Shown: positions 28,049-36,189 of the stretch, piece after piece
How positions within the stretch are numbered: the first letter of the stretch is position 1
How the letters are laid out: each line of letters opens with the position of its first letter
Source: Candidatus Berkelbacteria bacterium
GTDB taxonomy: Bacteria > Patescibacteriota > UBA1384 > XYA2-FULL-43-10 > 1-14-0-10-43-13
Assembly (NCBI GenBank): GCA_037140515.1
Contig: JBAXEI010000003.1
Coordinates: forward strand, 300 to 64,299
Direction: 5' to 3'
Length of the DNA: 64,000 nt
The notes under the pieces: generated by a model
Told to the model about the DNA's origin: nothing
Seen by the model: the letters and a program-made list of their open reading frames with translations, nothing else
The model's database searches: none
Translations under genes and position numbers: made by a program

Positions 28049-28121
28049 TGGTGGATGAGTCAGGTATGTCTCCTGCTTGTTGGCAATGTTCTTGCCATTC
28101 GGAACGTTCCGACCCTCATCC
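28049..28121 (-). ncRNA. Non-canonical tRNA-like cloverleaf with AAC in the anticodon loop and ACCA end
   Basis: GGATGAG-GG-TCGG(AACGTT)CCGA-A-TGGCA(AGAACAT)TGCCA-ACAA-GCAGG(AGACATA)CCTGA-CTCATCC-A-CCA; 73 nt; lacks U8, D-loop GG, U33 and TTC. Confidence 0.7.
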
Positions 28122-28141
28122 TTGGACATGTGCCCAATAAC

Positions 28142-28218
28142 TGGTGGGCGTAGGTGGATTCGAACCACCAACTAAATCCTTGTTAGGGATTTGCTCTAGC
28201 CAATTGAGCTATACGCCC
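28142..28218 (-). tRNA. tRNA-Val (anticodon AAC)
   Basis: GGGCGTA-TA-GCTC(AATTGGCTA)GAGC-A-AATCC(CT AAC AA)GGATT-TAGTT-GGTGG(TTCGAAT)CCACC-TACGCCC-A-CCA; all canonical invariants present, A73. Confidence 0.93.
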
Positions 28219-28590
28219 CAGACTGATAAACAGTCTGGAAACTCAAGCCTCGATGACTTCAACTGCGGCCGCTGGCTTTTTGCAGGGGCTCTCAGGACAT
28301 CACGGAGGCTCTTGAGACACACTTATTTCAATCATGAATTTCACCAATAGAGAATGAAATATCGATGAAGGTGCGAAGCGGGATACTACCGCTAAGCTAA
28401 GTATGTCCCGAACAGCAAACGCTGTTCGTTGAAAAACTTTTTTGTAAAATGTACAAATTATTGAATTTAATCAATCTATCTGTACATTTGCACAAAACAA
28501 TAAATAGTCGTAGATCCGTCCGATTCAGCTTCCGCTGACCGAGATGATATCCATGACCTGCCTATTGAGAATAAATTGTTCTCAATCTAC
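28219..28590 (-). ncRNA. Putative large structured RNA / 5' leader upstream of the tRNAs and rplC
   Basis: ORF-free and tiled with hairpins: TTGAGAA..TTCTCAA, TCAGC-GGAA-GCTGA, AAATGTACA..TGTACATTT, CGAACAGC..GCTGTTCG, CTCAAG..CTTGAG, CCAGACTG..CAGTCTGG. Confidence 0.45.
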
Positions 28591-28596
28591 AGTTAT

Positions 28597-28625
28597 AATC
28601 TACTATATTTTCAGAATAAAGTCAA
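28597..28625 (-). promoter_or_regulatory. Sigma70-type promoter driving the RNA region and rplC operon
   Basis: TTGACT-17nt-TAGATT. Confidence 0.5.
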
Positions 28626-28648
28626 CGTCTTAAACCATAGTATCGACA

Positions 28649-28705
28649 GATGACGGACTGAGATCGTATTTGGTTTCCCATTTACTCACTCAGCCCGTCC
28701 TCATC
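28649..28705 (-). other. Long stem-loop directly after rpsJ
   Basis: GACGGGCTGAG/CTCAGTCCGTC stem capped by GTA-AA-TGG(GAAA)CCA-AA-TAC. Confidence 0.5.
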
Positions 28706-28721
28706 GCTATAGTTCAAGCGC

Positions 28722-29048
28722 TTACATCTTTATTTCAATGTCAACACCGTGGGGCAGATCCAAGCTCATCAAGTTGTCGATGGTCTTTGGAGTTGGATTC
28801 AGGATATCAATCAAGCGTTTGTGTGTTCTCATCTCAAACTGCTCACGAGCGTCCTTGTGGACATGTGGCGATTTAAGAACAGTCAGCTTGCACTTTTCCG
28901 TTGGAAGTGGAATAGGGCCGCAGACTTCAGCTCCTGATCGGACAGCTGTCTCGATGATTTGCTGAGCGCTCTTGTCGATAATTCTATGATCGTATGCCTT
29001 AAGGCGAATTCTGATTTTTTGTTTAATCGGTTGCTTCTCTACTGACAT
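28722..29048 (-). CDS. rpsJ: 30S ribosomal protein S10
   Basis: [40 protein letters not shown]. Confidence 0.98.
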   Translation of the reverse strand: MSVEKQPIKQKIRIRLKAYDHRIIDKSAQQIIETAVRSGAEVCGPIPLPTEKCKLTVLKSPHVHKDAREQFEMRTHKRLIDILNPTPKTIDNLMSLDLPHGVDIEIKM

Positions 29049-29071
29049 TGTAAAAACCTGTCTTCGCTTTA

Positions 29072-30247
29072 TTATTTGATAATTTTAGTAACTACACCAG
29101 CACCAACAGTTCGGCCACCTTCACGGATAGCAAACTTAAGACCAGCATCCATAGCGATTGGCTGAATCAATGCAACTTTAACAGTTGTATTGTCGCCTGG
29201 CATGATCATTTCCTGTTCGAAAGTGATGTCACCAGTTACGTCAGTTGTTCGGATATAGAACTGAGGTTTGTAGCCTTTGAAGAAAGGAGTGTGTCGTCCA
29301 CCCTCTTCTTTTGTAAGAGCATAAATCTCAGCTTCGAAGTCAGTGTGAGGAGTGATAGAACCTGGCTTTGCCAAAACTTGGCCACGCTCGATATCTTCAC
29401 GCTCAACACCACGAAGTAGAAGACCTACATTGTCACCAGCTTGACCTTGATCAAGTTGTTTCTTGAACATCTCAACACCAGTACATACTGTTGTTGTTGT
29501 TTTCTTGATACCAACGATTTCTACTGAATCATTGATCTTGACTACACCCTGCTCGATACGACCAGTTGCAACTGTACCACGACCTTTGATCGAGAATACA
29601 TCTTCAATTGGCATAAGGAATGGTTTGTCTAGATCTCTTTTTGGCTCTGGAATCCAAGTGTCGCAAGCGTCCATCAAAGCGTCGATAGAAGGAGTCCATT
29701 TTGGATCATCTTCACCAGCTTTTAGAGCTGAACCACGAATGATAGGAGTATTGTCACCGTCGTATTTGTATTTAGTCAAAAGTTCACGAACTTCCATCTC
29801 AACAAGGTCAATGAGTTCTTCATCGTCAACCATGTCGCATTTGTTCAAGTAAACTACGATTGATGGAACACCAATCTGGTTAGCCAAAAGAATGTGCTCG
29901 CGAGTCTGAGGCATAGGGCCGTCAGTAGCAGCAACTACAAGGATAGCGCCGTCCATCTGTGCAGCACCAGTAATCATGTTTTTTACGTAGTCAGCATGGC
30001 CAGGACAGTCAACGTGAGCGTAATGTCTCTTCTCTGTCTCGTACTCTTGATGAGAAGTAGCAATAGTAATACCGCGCTCTCTCTCTTCTGGGGCGTTGTC
30101 GATGTCGCCAAATTTCTTCTCAGTAGCCATACCTTTTTTAGCTAGGCAATGAGTGATTGCAGCTGTCAAAGTAGTCTTTCCGTGGTCAACGTGACCGATT
30201 GTGCCAATGTTTACATGTGGCTTGTTTCTCTTAAATGCTTCTGCCAT
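29072..30247 (-). CDS. tuf: Elongation factor Tu
   Basis: [29 protein letters not shown]. Confidence 0.99.
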   Translation of the reverse strand: MAEAFKRNKPHVNIGTIGHVDHGKTTLTAAITHCLAKKGMATEKKFGDIDNAPEERERGITIATSHQEYETEKRHYAHVDCPGHADYVKNMITGAAQMDGAILVVAATDGPMPQTREHILLANQIGVPSIVVYLNKCDMVDDEELIDLVEMEVRELLTKYKYDGDNTPIIRGSALKAGEDDPKWTPSIDALMDACDTWIPEPKRDLDKPFLMPIEDVFSIKGRGTVATGRIEQGVVKINDSVEIVGIKKTTTTVCTGVEMFKKQLDQGQAGDNVGLLLRGVEREDIERGQVLAKPGSITPHTDFEAEIYALTKEEGGRHTPFFKGYKPQFYIRTTDVTGDITFEQEMIMPGDNTTVKVALIQPIAMDAGLKFAIREGGRTVGAGVVTKIIK

Positions 30248-30347
30248 GAGGCTCCTTCTTACTTATTTCTTTATTATTTTTGATCAAAATTCCTACGAAT
30301 TGTAACAAATTTTGCCCTTTATTGCAATAGCGAATCCGCTAATTGTC

Positions 30348-30432
30348 TGTCATCCTGTACTGGGGCGTGAGATACGGGATCTTGTGCCGTTTCCATTAAG
30401 ATTCCTGGTCTCAAGATCAGCCAGGAATGACA
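30348..30432. repeat. REP/dRS3-like bipartite palindromic element, copy 3
   Basis: TGTCATCCTGTA...TACGGGATCT...AGATTCCTGG...CCAGGAATGACA between fusA and tuf. Confidence 0.7.
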
Positions 30433-30444
30433 CTCGTGAATGCC

Positions 30445-32520
30445 TTATTTCTTGCGTTTTTCGATGATACCATCAGCAACATTTCTTGGTACCTCTGCAT
30501 AGTGATCGAACTCCATCGCTGCAGCAGCTCGTCCCTGAGACATTGAGCGAAGCTGAGTCGTGTAGCCAAACATTGATGCAAGTGGCACAAACGAAGAAAT
30601 ATGCTTGATACCGTTTGGAAGGTCTTCCATCTTGTTGATTTGACCACGTTTTGAGTTTAGGTCGCCGATTACGTCACCCATGAAGTCTTCGGGAGTAGTA
30701 ACTTCGACTTTCATCACAGGCTCAAGAATGATAGGGCTGGCTTTTCTGAAACCATCCTGGAAAGCCATAGAAGCTGCGATTTTGAAGGCGATTTCCGATG
30801 AGTCAACCTCATGGAACGAACCATCATAAACTTCAGCTGAAATGTCTACAACTGGATAATTGGCGATAACACCACGGGCCATAGCTTCTTTGATACCTTC
30901 TTCGATAGGCTTGATGTATTCTCGAGGAATCGAGCCACCAACAGTCGAATTGACAAAAGTGAAGCCAACACCTGGCTCGTTTGGCTTAAGTCTAAGCCAG
31001 CAGTGACCGTATTGACCACGACCACCAGTTTGTTTGACGTATTTACCTTCAGTAGTAACTTCGTCCTTGATAGTTTCGCGGAAAGCAACCTGAGGTGCAC
31101 CGACATTTGCTTCTACCTTGAACTCACGTTTCATACGGTCAACGATGATCTCCAAGTGAAGCTCACCCATACCAGCGATGATTGTCTGACCTGTTTCTTC
31201 ATCAGAACGAACTCGGAAAGTAGGATCTTCCTCAGCAAGACGCTGAAGTGCGATACCCATCTTCTCTTGGTCGGCCTTTGTCTTTGGCTCGATAGCAATA
31301 TCGATAACTGGCTCTGGGAAGACAATTTTTTCAAGAATAACTGGTTTTACAGGATCACAGAGAGTGTCACCTGTAGTTGTGCTCGAAAGACCAACTGCGG
31401 CAGCGATTTCACCTGCATAAACCTCGTCAACTTCCTCACGGTGGTTTGCGTGAAGTCGAACGATTCGGCCTACGCGCTCTTTTTCACCTGCTGTTGAGTT
31501 CAAAATGTATGAACCTTTGCGAAGTACACCACGATAAACGCGGAAGAAAATGAGCTTACCGACAAATGGGTCAGTAGCAACTTTGAAAGCAAGAGCAGCA
31601 AAAGGCTCGTCGTCGACTGCCTTGACCAAAACTGGCTCGTCCGTCTTAGGGTCTATGCCGTTTGCTGGTGGAATATCGAGAGGAGAAGGTAAATATGTAA
31701 CAATAGCGTCTAGAAGTGCAGCTACGATCGCGCCACGACCATCTCCACCCAAAACTGGGAAGAATTTACCGGTGAGACAAGCTTTGCGGATAGTTTCCTG
31801 AAGCTCAGCGTTTGAAAGAGACTCGCCGCCGAGATATTTCTCCATCATTTCGTCATCGTATTCGACAACTGCTTCGATCAATTTTTCACGCCATTCGTTA
31901 GCCTGCTCAAGCATGTCAGCTGGGATCTCAACTTTTTTGAGCTCATGATCCTTGTAGTCCTTGTATGTATAAGCTGTCATGTTGACGAGATCGACTACGC
32001 CGTTGATCGACTGTTCGAAGCCGATTGGAAGTTGAATTGGCATAGCATTTTTTGAAAGTCGTGCATGCATCGAATCAAGCGAGCGATAGAAGTCGCCACC
32101 TGTTTGATTGATCTTGTTGATGAAGCACATTCGAGGAACTGCATATTTGTCAGCTTGGCGCCAAACAGTCTCAGACTGTGGCTCTACGCCCATCTTACCG
32201 TCGAAAATTACAACTGCACCGTCAAGTACGCGAAGAGAACGCTCTACTTCTACGGTAAAGTCTACGTGGCCAGGGGTGTCGATGATGTTGATTCGGTGCT
32301 CTTTCCAGAAACAAGTTGTAGCCGCCGATGTGATAGTGATACCACGCTCGCGCTCCTGTTCCATCCAGTCCATAGTGGCAGCGCCTTCATGAACTTCACC
32401 AATCTTGTGAACTCGTCCTGTTGTGTACAAAATACCTTCAGTAACGGTCGTTTTACCTGCATCAATGTGGGCAATAGTGCCGATGTTTCTTACTCTTTCG
32501 AGTGGATAGTCTCGATCCAT
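30445..32520 (-). CDS. fusA: Elongation factor G (atypical G4/G5 motifs)
   Basis: [30 protein letters not shown]; 691 aa; NKIN in place of NKxD. Confidence 0.98.
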   Translation of the reverse strand: MDRDYPLERVRNIGTIAHIDAGKTTVTEGILYTTGRVHKIGEVHEGAATMDWMEQERERGITITSAATTCFWKEHRINIIDTPGHVDFTVEVERSLRVLDGAVVIFDGKMGVEPQSETVWRQADKYAVPRMCFINKINQTGGDFYRSLDSMHARLSKNAMPIQLPIGFEQSINGVVDLVNMTAYTYKDYKDHELKKVEIPADMLEQANEWREKLIEAVVEYDDEMMEKYLGGESLSNAELQETIRKACLTGKFFPVLGGDGRGAIVAALLDAIVTYLPSPLDIPPANGIDPKTDEPVLVKAVDDEPFAALAFKVATDPFVGKLIFFRVYRGVLRKGSYILNSTAGEKERVGRIVRLHANHREEVDEVYAGEIAAAVGLSSTTTGDTLCDPVKPVILEKIVFPEPVIDIAIEPKTKADQEKMGIALQRLAEEDPTFRVRSDEETGQTIIAGMGELHLEIIVDRMKREFKVEANVGAPQVAFRETIKDEVTTEGKYVKQTGGRGQYGHCWLRLKPNEPGVGFTFVNSTVGGSIPREYIKPIEEGIKEAMARGVIANYPVVDISAEVYDGSFHEVDSSEIAFKIAASMAFQDGFRKASPIILEPVMKVEVTTPEDFMGDVIGDLNSKRGQINKMEDLPNGIKHISSFVPLASMFGYTTQLRSMSQGRAAAAMEFDHYAEVPRNVADGIIEKRKK

Positions 32521-32637
32521 TTCTCAATCCTTGTTATTATAGTTTTTTTATATAAATATGTAGTCGAACAAAAAAATATCCCCCCTAAATTTCTATACAA
32601 CTGTAACACAAAAAATCATTTTGTGTCAACGGCTAGA

Positions 32638-32666
32638 TTGACAAATATAGAGACTTATGCTATAAT
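32638..32666 (+). promoter_or_regulatory. Consensus sigma70 promoter
   Basis: TTGACA-17nt-TATAAT with TG extension. Confidence 0.75.
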
Positions 32667-32766
32667 GAAGAGGTCGCTTCAAGAGAGCGAACAATGAATA
32701 TCACCTTTGATATCATCTTCCTTCTCTTGAGAAGGCACTTATCGAGTGAAAATTGGAGGTGAAGTT

Positions 32767-33057
32767 ATGAGAAACATCACCCTAAACGATTTATCCCAGA
32801 AAACGGGATTACATCTCAGAAATATGGGCGATCTGCTCAAAATCAAGGTTGTAGTTGATGGACCTAAGTCAGACGTATATGGAATGACAGTTGTGTCATT
32901 TCGGATGTGCCCAACCGTATGCAACCTTACACTCCACGGACAAATGGGCGAAACCCTTTGGCTGAGGAGAATTTCCGAAATATCGTGGGCATGGGAGTTC
33001 CAAACTCCTGAAATAGATAGCCACATAGAAGTAACAAATATCAACTTCTACTTTTAG
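32767..33057 (+). CDS. Hypothetical protein
   Basis: SD GGAGGTG before ATG 32767; followed by hairpin plus T-run. Confidence 0.6.
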   Translation: MRNITLNDLSQKTGLHLRNMGDLLKIKVVVDGPKSDVYGMTVVSFRMCPTVCNLTLHGQMGETLWLRRISEISWAWEFQTPEIDSHIEVTNINFYF

Positions 33058-33134
33058 CATCATGACGTCGTCTAGTACCAAAATTCTAGATGGCGTTTTT
33101 TTATTGCAAAAATTCCAATTTGAGCTCGATATCA

Positions 33135-33163
33135 TTGACAATTTAACGTGGTAGTGGTATAAT
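33135..33163 (+). promoter_or_regulatory. Consensus sigma70 promoter
   Basis: TTGACA-17nt-TATAAT with TG extension. Confidence 0.75.
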
Positions 33164-33215
33164 CTAAGCATAAGTGACGATTAGCCAATATGAATCGCAC
33201 TCGAAGGAGAGAGAA

Positions 33216-33743
33216 ATGAAAACTCTCAATATTTTAACCTTAGCCTTTGGGCTTATGATAGTCACTCTAATGAGCGGCTGTACTAGCCCGAATGGGCCAG
33301 TTACTCCAGCAAATGTCTGGAACAACTACCCGCCAAAGATCAAGGCGGTCTATGTCAATCTCGAAGCCAGCATGATTACAGTGGACTTTGAGCCGTATCC
33401 AGCTGATGTAACTATCAAAGGCTGGTGCATTATACCGGGCGACAACAATATCCGACGACAAATCCAATTTGTCGAACCGGTAATCCATGGCACCGACAAC
33501 ATGACGGGAAGATCAAACTTCCTCATAGAGACCTTTGATCAACCATGGGGTTGGGAAGGCTCAGCTCTCACTCCAGGAATTATTTATAATTTCATGATCG
33601 AGGTACTATCGGCCGACGGTCGCAAAGTGTCGAAGGTCTACCAGTTTAAGGACGGCGTTGTATCGCAGATTGCGATGACTCGCAAAATGTTCGAGGAACT
33701 CATGCCCGCTCCGAAAGATGAGCCGGCTTCTGCTCCTAAATAG
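33216..33743 (+). CDS. Putative lipoprotein
   Basis: SD AAGGAG; signal peptide MKTLNIL... ending in lipobox-like LMSG-C. Confidence 0.7.
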   Translation: MKTLNILTLAFGLMIVTLMSGCTSPNGPVTPANVWNNYPPKIKAVYVNLEASMITVDFEPYPADVTIKGWCIIPGDNNIRRQIQFVEPVIHGTDNMTGRSNFLIETFDQPWGWEGSALTPGIIYNFMIEVLSADGRKVSKVYQFKDGVVSQIAMTRKMFEELMPAPKDEPASAPK

Positions 33744-33852
33744 GCAACCACTTAAGGTGTGATTGAATTGAATCAATCACACCTTTTTTTATTACAAAAA
33801 AAATGGTGCTGAAGAATAAACTTCAACACCATCGACATTATTAAATCCGAGA

Positions 33853-34653
33853 TTAATATCGGCTATTCACTAAGTAGTATTCCCCTTTAAAGAGATCTTC
33901 GTGATCAATAGCAGCAGATACATGATACCTATCAAAATGAATTCTGATAGGCTTACCGTCGTGAAACTCGCCGTGTAGCAAGCCTGTTCCTTCAATTTCT
34001 CTGTCCCAATAGCCACATATAAACATGAGTAGGTGCAAAAACAAAAACTGCTCATAATCCATAATCGCGTAGCCACTTGGCTTATCAACATAATCTTCGA
34101 ACATTCCGGTCTCACTGGCTGCCAGAACCCACCCAGTCAGGGGAGCCCTGCATTTGTCCGAAAATTTTGAATCTCTCTTTTTGGCATGAAAACTCGCGCT
34201 AAAGAGAAAAAAGGCTGGATTCCGAGGATTCTTACCAGCTGTATATAAGTCCTTTGCTGGATTTTCACCGATATACTGACTCGGCAAGTATATTGGGTAG
34301 ACGCTCTGCCTTGCATAGCGAGTCAGAAACTCAGGCGTCCACCATGAAGGACATGCTGGAACTTGTACTGGCAGATCGGTCATCTTGAATAATCTGCGCC
34401 AGCCAAACTGAACCATCCGCCGATCATCTGAGAGCAACAACTCTTTTAGATCGCTAATCCCCTCAACCTTGCAAAACTCATCATTGATCACACATTGACC
34501 TGCCATGAGCAACGACTCGATTTCAAGTTCGGTACGCTTGCCTTCGAGAATCAGCTTGCTGATCGCATGATAGTTCTTCGTGAATCTGAGCAGGAGCTGA
34601 TCTCGCTCAGATGCCTCTTCGTCCTCTACTTTCTTTTTCTTTGTGTTCTCCAC
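33853..34653 (-). CDS. Hypothetical protein
   Basis: 266 aa; GTG start with SD AGGAG; promoter-like TTGACA near 34754; convergent terminators at about 33753-33832. Confidence 0.65.
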   Translation of the reverse strand: MENTKKKKVEDEEASERDQLLLRFTKNYHAISKLILEGKRTELEIESLLMAGQCVINDEFCKVEGISDLKELLLSDDRRMVQFGWRRLFKMTDLPVQVPACPSWWTPEFLTRYARQSVYPIYLPSQYIGENPAKDLYTAGKNPRNPAFFLFSASFHAKKRDSKFSDKCRAPLTGWVLAASETGMFEDYVDKPSGYAIMDYEQFLFLHLLMFICGYWDREIEGTGLLHGEFHDGKPIRIHFDRYHVSAAIDHEDLFKGEYYLVNSRY

Positions 34654-34768
34654 ACTCGTTCTCCTGTACTTGCGCTACTAACGCAAGGCCGAACCGTTGC
34701 CCACATTGGGTGTCTCGACTATATAATATAATCACTAATATGGCTTTTTGTCAATCTCACTGCTAGGC

Positions 34769-34843
34769 TGTCATCCTGACTTGTTTCAGGATCCCGTCGC
34801 TATTTAAACGGTTATGAGATCCTGAAACAAGTTCAGGATGACA
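34769..34843. repeat. REP/dRS3-like bipartite palindromic element, copy 4
   Basis: TGTCATCCTGACTTGTTTCAGGATCCCGTCGCTATTTAAACGGTTATGAGATCCTGAAACAAGTTCAGGATGACA. Confidence 0.85.
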
Positions 34844-34892
34844 GAATAAAAAAAATACCCCTTTGACGCTAGGTCGCTGGGGTATCTGCTTT

Positions 34893-35303
34893 TCATTCAT
34901 TTTTTACACGTTCAATGTCGTATAGATACGGATTATTAGTCAGGCCACTGCCATAGTCGCTCTTGTAGTCTGCTTTCAAGGATATTTTTACCGTATCACT
35001 TGGGAGTATGTCCATTGTCTCATAGAAGTGAAGTCGTTTTCGGACAACAAGTCTCTCATCTTCAGAACCAATAACATATTCATAAATAGTGTAACTGTCA
35101 ATATTCGAGATGTCACGGTTCAAGACTTTCCATGTTTTTGCCGTTTTCACAGCAATTTGTTCATTGAAAGACTTCTCCGATGAAGTTTTCACCTGTATTT
35201 CTTTTTTGTCCTTTTCGATAAGGATAAATGACACCACACCAACAAAAACCAAAAAGATGACCATAATCATAAGTGTTTTTCGAGTCATAACGCGCCTCCG
35301 CAT
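34893..35303 (-). CDS. Hypothetical membrane-anchored protein
   Basis: N-terminal transmembrane helix; own promoter and terminator; the true start may be the second Met. Confidence 0.65.
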   Translation of the reverse strand: MRRRVMTRKTLMIMVIFLVFVGVVSFILIEKDKKEIQVKTSSEKSFNEQIAVKTAKTWKVLNRDISNIDSYTIYEYVIGSEDERLVVRKRLHFYETMDILPSDTVKISLKADYKSDYGSGLTNNPYLYDIERVKNE

Positions 35304-35353
35304 ATCCTAATATCATGTAGTCGACTTAGTCTCTGCATATATTGGATGAGATC

Positions 35354-35382
35354 ACTATAAGATAAAAGAGTGTATTTGTCAA
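35354..35382 (-). promoter_or_regulatory. Sigma70-type promoter
   Basis: TTGACA-17nt-TATAGT. Confidence 0.65.
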
Positions 35383-35396
35383 GATCTTAACCCTCC

Positions 35397-35504
35397 TGTC
35401 ATGCTGAATTTACCGTGCCACTCCGTAGCCTTGGCGAAGGGTGGTTTCAGCATCCCGTCGCCATTTAAACGGTTACGAGATCCTGAAACAAGTTCAGGAT
35501 CACA
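35397..35504. repeat. REP/dRS3-like element, copy 5, with a 32-nt nested insertion
   Basis: Same spacer (CCCGTCGCCATTTAAACGGTTA) and right arm as copy 4; left arm interrupted at 35412-35443. Confidence 0.8.
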
Positions 35505-35513
35505 AAAGAAAAC

Positions 35514-35546
35514 AAAAATGACCCCGATTTCTCGGAGTCATTTTTT
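35514..35546 (-). terminator. rpsL-rpsG terminator
   Basis: AAAAATGACTCCGA(GAAA)TCGGGGTCATTTTT. Confidence 0.75.
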
Positions 35547-35568
35547 ATATTTTCGGAATCAATTTTGA

Positions 35569-35598
35569 TTAGAAACGAGCAAAGTGAGCGAAGGCTTT
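35569..35598 (-). pseudogene. Orphan duplicate of the rpsG 3' end (KAFAHFARF-stop)
   Basis: AAA GCC TTC GCT CAC TTT GCT CGT TTC TAA versus in-gene AAA GCC TTC GCA CAT TTT GCC AGA TTT TAG. Confidence 0.85.
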
Positions 35599-35629
35599 GC
35601 CTACAGGCCGTAGCAGCATGCAAACAAGA

Positions 35630-36106
35630 CTAAAATCTGGCAAAATGTGCGAAGGCTTTGTTAGCTTCTGCCATTCGATGTGTGTCGTCTTTCTTCTTCA
35701 TCGCAGAACCTTCACCGTTGTAAGCATTGATCAGCTCAGTAGCAAGCTTCTCGTGCATTGGACGTCCCTTAGCAGAACGAGCAGCAGCGATGATCCAACG
35801 CATAGCGAGAGTGTTTTTGCGCTCTCGGCTAACTTCCATAGGAACCTGGTAGTTTGCACCACCGATACGTTTGCTCTTCACTTCTACAAGTGGTCCAACG
35901 TTCTTCAAAGCAGTCTCAAATACGTCCATAGGCTCTGCGCTGAGCTTCTCGGCAGCTTTTTCGATACCTTGGTGAACGATTCTTACAGCGATTGTCTTCT
36001 TACCATTTACCATGATGTAGTTGATGAATTTCATCACTACTGCGCTTTGGAATTTGCTGTCAACTCCGATGTCGTGCTTCTTTGTCTTAATGTGTCCTCG
36101 TGGCAT
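35630..36106 (-). CDS. rpsG: 30S ribosomal protein S7
   Basis: RIGGANYQVP, AMRWI, HRMAEANKAFAH. Confidence 0.98.
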   Translation of the reverse strand: MPRGHIKTKKHDIGVDSKFQSAVVMKFINYIMVNGKKTIAVRIVHQGIEKAAEKLSAEPMDVFETALKNVGPLVEVKSKRIGGANYQVPMEVSRERKNTLAMRWIIAAARSAKGRPMHEKLATELINAYNGEGSAMKKKDDTHRMAEANKAFAHFARF

Positions 36107-36189
36107 AACTCTTTTTTCCTTATTCGAGTGATGATGAATAATTCTTATCGAAACGAAATCATCAGCTCTACTTATTTATAATTAAATTT

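Noticed and set aside
28049-28218. tmRNA (TCCACCA 3' end)
   Set aside because: The CCA end is closed locally by a 7-bp stem only 73 nt long; there is no G3-U70 alanine identity pair and no tag ORF.
28144-28350. 68-aa plus-strand ORF
   Set aside because: It is the antisense shadow of the tRNA (GGFEPPT is the typical T-arm artefact).
28219-28590. T-box, RNase P, SRP or c-di-AMP riboswitch
   Set aside because: Could not find the diagnostic motifs (GGTGGxACCGCG; GAGGAAAGTCC; CAGG..GGAA..AGCAG; ydaO core). Left unassigned pending an Rfam search.
32065-32697. Long antisense ORFs over fusA (also over rpsG, cdaR, gyrA, rpoBC)
   Set aside because: They overlap highly conserved genes on the opposite strand, lack SD or motif support, and are explained by codon bias.
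35599-35629. Self-splicing intron or frameshift giving an alternative S7 C-terminus
   Set aside because: The 31-nt spacer is far too short for a group I/II intron, follows an in-frame stop, and both tails encode the same peptide.
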